A DNA stretch of 64,000 nucleotides from Candidatus Magasanikiibacteriota bacterium (GTDB lineage: Bacteria; Patescibacteriota; Patescibacteriia; Magasanikbacterales; GWA2-37-8). The position numbers were made by a program, and so were the translations under genes. Location of the stretch: positions 6,921-70,920 of the forward strand of contig JACPGS010000018.1 of NCBI GenBank assembly GCA_016189025.1, given 5' to 3'. Shown piece by piece: positions 61,032 through 64,000 of this stretch. Positions within the stretch are counted from its first letter, which is position 1; the number at the start of each line of letters is the position of its first letter. Below the pieces are notes generated by a model, which saw nothing but the letters and a program-made list of their open reading frames with translations, had not been told where the DNA came from and searched no databases.

Positions 61032-61484
61032 ATGCCTCCAAGCAATACCAAACAGACAGCCGGGGAAAGTCAAACGCTCGGGGAGATTTTAGAAATCGTC
61101 CAATTTATTAAGGACAACGCGGCTAGCCAGGTTAGCGTGGATAAGTTAGACGAACGCGTTAGCTCTCTTGAGGACAAGGTGTCATCGCTTGACGATAAGG
61201 TGTCGTCACTTGATAGCAAGGTGTCATCGCTTGATAGCAGGGTGGCTGCTTTAGAAAATGCAGTAATCCAGGGATTTGCCGAAATGCACCGCCGTTTTTC
61301 TCAAGTGGATACGGAATTGGATTCTATTTATCGCGAATTGGAAACTATTAAAAAAGAATTACAGCAGTTAGATAAACGGGACGCCGAGGATGCCAATGCT
61401 TTGGCTCATGACGTGCTGACTTTAAGGGAGCGTTTGGAACAATTGGAACAGCGGCTGCGACAGCTGGAGTTAGCGCGTGCTTAG
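61032..61484 (+). CDS. Coiled-coil protein with 9-aa tandem repeats ((D/S)KVSSLD)x4
   Basis: …ERVSSLEDKVSSLDDKVSSLDSKVSSLDSRVAALEN… is encoded by about 27-bp tandem nucleotide repeats at 61155-61262. Confidence 0.5.
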   Translation: MPPSNTKQTAGESQTLGEILEIVQFIKDNAASQVSVDKLDERVSSLEDKVSSLDDKVSSLDSKVSSLDSRVAALENAVIQGFAEMHRRFSQVDTELDSIYRELETIKKELQQLDKRDAEDANALAHDVLTLRERLEQLEQRLRQLELARA

Positions 61485-61491
61485 GCTTCTC

Positions 61492-61521
61492 TTGACAGCC
61501 AGGGCAAAAGTATGTTATACT
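61492..61521 (+). promoter_or_regulatory. Candidate promoter TTGACA-18-TATACT followed by a ~125-nt structured leader
   Basis: Consensus -35 TTGACA. The leader contains the hairpin GGTTCCCAAAAaggtcgtttcactatagtcgttctcaaaccacaTTTTGGGAACC. Confidence 0.45.
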
Positions 61522-61644
61522 GTAGGTCAATATTGGGCAATCGCGTGGTAAATCAGCAAAAACCAAGCGTAGGTTCCCAAAAAGGTCGTTTCACTATAGT
61601 CGTTCTCAAACCACATTTTGGGAACCTAAACGCAAAAAAGAGTT

Positions 61645-61974
61645 ATGGCATTTGATTCTCCCCGGCAGATGTACCCGGTCAACGAGAAGTGCGCCGGTTG
61701 CGGCGTGGCGATTACCGAGCTGCCCTTCCAACCGACGGCGGGTCGCCCGGTGTACTGCACCGATTGCAATCGTCAGTATCGCGATCGGCGGCGCGGCGGT
61801 GGTGGCGGTGGCGGCGGCATGAGCCGCGGTCCGCGCCAGATGTACGCCGTAGACCTGCAATGCGCCGGCTGCGGCACGGCTATTACCGAGCTGCCGTTCC
61901 AGCCCACCGGCGATCGTCCGGTTTATTGCCGCACCTGCCTGGCCGCTAAACGCGGCAGCGCGATGGCAGCCTAA
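61645..61974 (+). CDS. Small protein with two tandem CxxC…CxxC zinc-ribbon repeats joined by a poly-Gly linker
   Basis: PRQMYPVNEKCAGCGVAITELPFQPTAGRPVYCTDCNRQY is repeated as PRQMYAVDLQCAGCGTAITELPFQPTGDRPVYCRTCLAAK, with RRRGGGGGGGGM between them. Confidence 0.55.
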   Translation: MAFDSPRQMYPVNEKCAGCGVAITELPFQPTAGRPVYCTDCNRQYRDRRRGGGGGGGGMSRGPRQMYAVDLQCAGCGTAITELPFQPTGDRPVYCRTCLAAKRGSAMAA

Positions 61975-62020
61975 AGTTGTCCATTGTCAAAAACAAAAGC
62001 CCGCGGTATAATTACGGCGG

Positions 62021-62088
62021 GTTTTTTGTTGTCATCCCCGCGTAAGCGGGGATCCATATTGAATTATGACTCTGGATTCCCGCTTTCG
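62021..62088. repeat. PE palindromic element immediately upstream of (and falsely extending) the HD-domain ORF
   Basis: gtcatCCCCGCGtaaGCGGGGatcc…ggattCCCGCtttCGCGGGaatgac has the same architecture as the copy at 26196..26280. Confidence 0.55.
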
Positions 62089-62119
62089 CGGGAATGACAG
62101 CGGTAGCGTCTTAATCATT

Positions 62120-62740
62120 ATGAGCACTCAAGAACAGCGTGCCTTAATCAGTTACACCAAACAAAAAGTAGCGCGGCATTTTCGCCATCATCGCGACCCC
62201 TCGCACGGCGCGGCGCATGCCGAGCGGGTGCGGCGATTGGCCGCCTATTTATCTGCCCGCGAGGGACAGCCGGCATTTTTAGCGGAACTCGCGGCGCTGC
62301 TGCACGACATCGGCCGTCGCGTAGAGCGCCGGCGCATTCCGCTAACGCACCACGAGCTTTCTTATCGGTTGTGTCGAGAGTGGCTTCGTGCCGATCGCCG
62401 GTTTGACGCGCTAACGCCGGCGCAAAAGCGCGAGGTGCTTTATGCCGTTCGTTATCACGGCAATGACGACGCCAACGATTACCGGAGCGCTGCTCTGGTG
62501 CGCGATGCCGATAAACTTGACGCCTTTGGTAAAATCGGGCTGCGGCGCTCGGTCATTCACTGCCAGACCTCGGAAGTTGCTTTGCCGCTTAACGTCAGTT
62601 TGCGCCTGCGCTACCATCTGCTGCATTTTTTTAAGACCGCGGCGGCGCGCCGTCTGGTGCGGCAGCGGCGCCTGATGGAGCCGATTGCCGATTATCTGCG
62701 CCGGCTGAATCGGAAATTGATTAAGCCGATCCGGTTGTAG
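62120..62740 (+). CDS. HD-domain phosphohydrolase
   Basis: HSHGAAHAERV…LLHDIGR (H…HD motif). Start placed at the ATG 62120 (MSTQEQ…) because the ORF-track start lies inside the PE repeat. Confidence 0.75.
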   Translation: MSTQEQRALISYTKQKVARHFRHHRDPSHGAAHAERVRRLAAYLSAREGQPAFLAELAALLHDIGRRVERRRIPLTHHELSYRLCREWLRADRRFDALTPAQKREVLYAVRYHGNDDANDYRSAALVRDADKLDAFGKIGLRRSVIHCQTSEVALPLNVSLRLRYHLLHFFKTAAARRLVRQRRLMEPIADYLRRLNRKLIKPIRL

Positions 62741-62752
62741 TCTGCCGCTGTT

Positions 62753-64000
62753 ATGGCGCCGCCCAAACGGATTAAAGTATTATGTGCCTTAAGCGGGGGG
62801 GTGGATTCCTCGGTCGCCGCGGCTTTATTGGTGCGCGCCGGTTACCGCGTCACGGCAGCCTTCATGGTGAATTATGACGACCAAGAACCCATTCGCTTCG
62901 CTCAGGGCAGGCAAGGAGCAATTAGCAATGAGCCGAGACCAGCGAGTTGTTGGCTGCCGGATTATCGCGATGCGGTGCGGGTGGCCGCCCGTCTGGAGAT
63001 CCCCATTATTAAATTAGATTTTACCAAAGAATACCGGAAGTTTGTTCTGAATTATTTATTCCGGGAATACGCCGCCGGGCGCACGCCGAATCCGGACATC
63101 TTATGCAATAAGTTTGTTAAATTCGGCGCCTGGCTTACTAAAGCGCGGGAATTAGGGTTTGATTATCTGGCGACGGGGCATTATGCGAAAGTCACTACGG
63201 TGAATAATTATTCGTCACCCCCGCGGAAGCGGGGGCCCAGAGAGGTAGATTTCCGCTGGCGCGGGAATGACGATAGGGCTGCCTTTCGTTTATTAGAAGC
63301 AAGAGATAAAAACAAAGACCAAACCTATTTTTTACACCAGCTTACTCAAGCGCAATTAGCGCCCGTGTTGTTTCCCCTCGGTGAATATACTAAACCAGAA
63401 GTGCGGCGGTTGGCCAAGCGTTGGGGATTGCCGACCGCGGAAAAAGAGGAGAGCATGGGTATTTGTTTTGTCGGCGAAGTGCCAATGAAGGAATTTTTGC
63501 AAACCAGAATCAAGCCGAAGCCCGGCAAAATTGTGCTAGCTGATGGTACGGTGGTGGGGAAGCACGACGGGTTGGCGTTTTACACGATCGGGCAACGCCA
63601 TTCTCTTAACCTGTCATCCCGAGCCGAGTCGAGGGATCCCATTCGGCAGGCTCAGGGCAGGCCCTCCGCTCCCCATTCGACTCGTCCTCCTACGGGGGAT
63701 TCGCTTCGGGGCGGTCGGGATGACGGTAAGCCATTATACGTTGTTGCTAAACGCTTGCCGGCTAACGAACTGGTGGTGGGCTACGAGAATGATCCGCTGT
63801 TGTATAAAAAAGAAACGGTGGTGGCCGAGGTGAATTGGATCAGTGGACACCCGCCTAAATTGCCGCTACAATGCTTAGTGCGGTTGAGGCACCGGCAGCC
63901 ACTCCAGCGATGCGTGGTTAGCTGTTATTCCAAGCGGAGCCTTTCCACTGCGCTCAGGGCAAACTCCGCGAAGTCGAGGAATCTCTTAACCGTTCGTTTT
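62753..64000 (+). CDS. mnmA: tRNA-specific 2-thiouridylase MnmA (3' end outside window) with multiple in-frame palindromic-element insertions
   Basis: IKVLCALSGGVDSSVAAALL PP-loop, …DILCNKFVKFGAWL…DYLATGHYA…QTYFLHQL…MGICFVGE… are conserved MnmA blocks. They are interrupted by the PE-derived segments listed below. The ORF is open to the window end. Confidence 0.8.
   Translation, partial: MAPPKRIKVLCALSGGVDSSVAAALLVRAGYRVTAAFMVNYDDQEPIRFAQGRQGAISNEPRPASCWLPDYRDAVRVAARLEIPIIKLDFTKEYRKFVLNYLFREYAAGRTPNPDILCNKFVKFGAWLTKARELGFDYLATGHYAKVTTVNNYSSPPRKRGPREVDFRWRGNDDRAAFRLLEARDKNKDQTYFLHQLTQAQLAPVLFPLGEYTKPEVRRLAKRWGLPTAEKEESMGICFVGEVPMKEFLQTRIKPKPGKIVLADGTVVGKHDGLAFYTIGQRHSLNLSSRAESRDPIRQAQGRPSAPHSTRPPTGDSLRGGRDDGKPLYVVAKRLPANELVVGYENDPLLYKKETVVAEVNWISGHPPKLPLQCLVRLRHRQPLQRCVVSCYSKRSLSTALRANSAKSRNLLTVRF
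63224..63282. repeat. PE palindromic element inside mnmA (second insertion)
   Basis: gtcaCCCCCGCGgaaGCGGGGGccc…gcgcgggaatgac, translated as NYSSPPRKRGPREVDFRWRGNDDRA. Confidence 0.55.
63613..63727. repeat. PE palindromic element inside mnmA (third insertion)
   Basis: gtcatcccgagccgagtcgagggatccc…gctcagggcaggcc…gggggattcgcttcggggcggtcgggatgac, translated as LSSRAESRDPIRQAQGRPSAPHSTRPPTGDSLRGGRDDGKP. Confidence 0.55.

Noticed and set aside
62066-62119. Upstream extension of the HD-domain ORF (MTLDSRFRGNDSGSVLII…)
   Set aside because: The first 18 codons are palindromic-element sequence (the SRFRGND motif). The internal ATG at 62120 gives a conventional HD-protein N-terminus.
1-64000. rRNA or tRNA genes
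   Set aside because: Scanning the intergenic regions by eye found no cloverleaf-compatible 70-90-nt segments and no rRNA-like conserved stretches. A dedicated tRNA scan would still be advisable.

Overview
This 64 kb window comes from a compact bacterial genome with tightly packed genes that mostly lack Shine-Dalgarno sequences and a moderately high G+C. The gene content looks like Patescibacteria/CPR, but that is inference. Recognisable housekeeping genes include dnaJ (C-terminal fragment), an ECF sigma factor, rnhA, murA, an S41 protease, era, rplI, pyrG, recJ, lepA, murJ, a beta-CASP RNase, mraZ-rsmH-ftsL, a ClpC-like ATPase, a WecA/MraY-family transferase, rplU, recR, ybaB, dnaB, a HIT protein, an nnr dehydratase and mnmA (3' partial). 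A surface-glycan cluster lies at about 10.0-16.4 kb. By eye I found no rRNA, tRNA or CRISPR array. The main finding is an accessory locus at about 44.7-60.9 kb that reads as an apparently undescribed split phosphotransferase system in the PEP-synthase/rifampin-phosphotransferase family. It holds seven tandem paralogs, each a divergent ~380-aa N-terminal domain fused to a conserved C-terminal PEP-utilising-enzyme phosphohistidine 'swivel' domain, and none has an ATP-binding domain. A single stand-alone PEP-synthase-type ATP-binding domain is encoded 3.4 kb downstream. Interleaved with these are an acylphosphatase, a HAD phosphatase, two histidine-phosphatase-family proteins, an HD hydrolase and a MazF/PemK-like toxin. 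The window also carries three families of structured repeats: two MITE-like intergenic families (A and B) that share an inner hairpin, and a palindromic element that sits in-frame inside coding genes (four insertions in mnmA, one in the RNase gene). Several G+C-rich islets with unusually strong Shine-Dalgarno sites look horizontally acquired. All protein assignments rest on motif recognition by eye; no database search was run.
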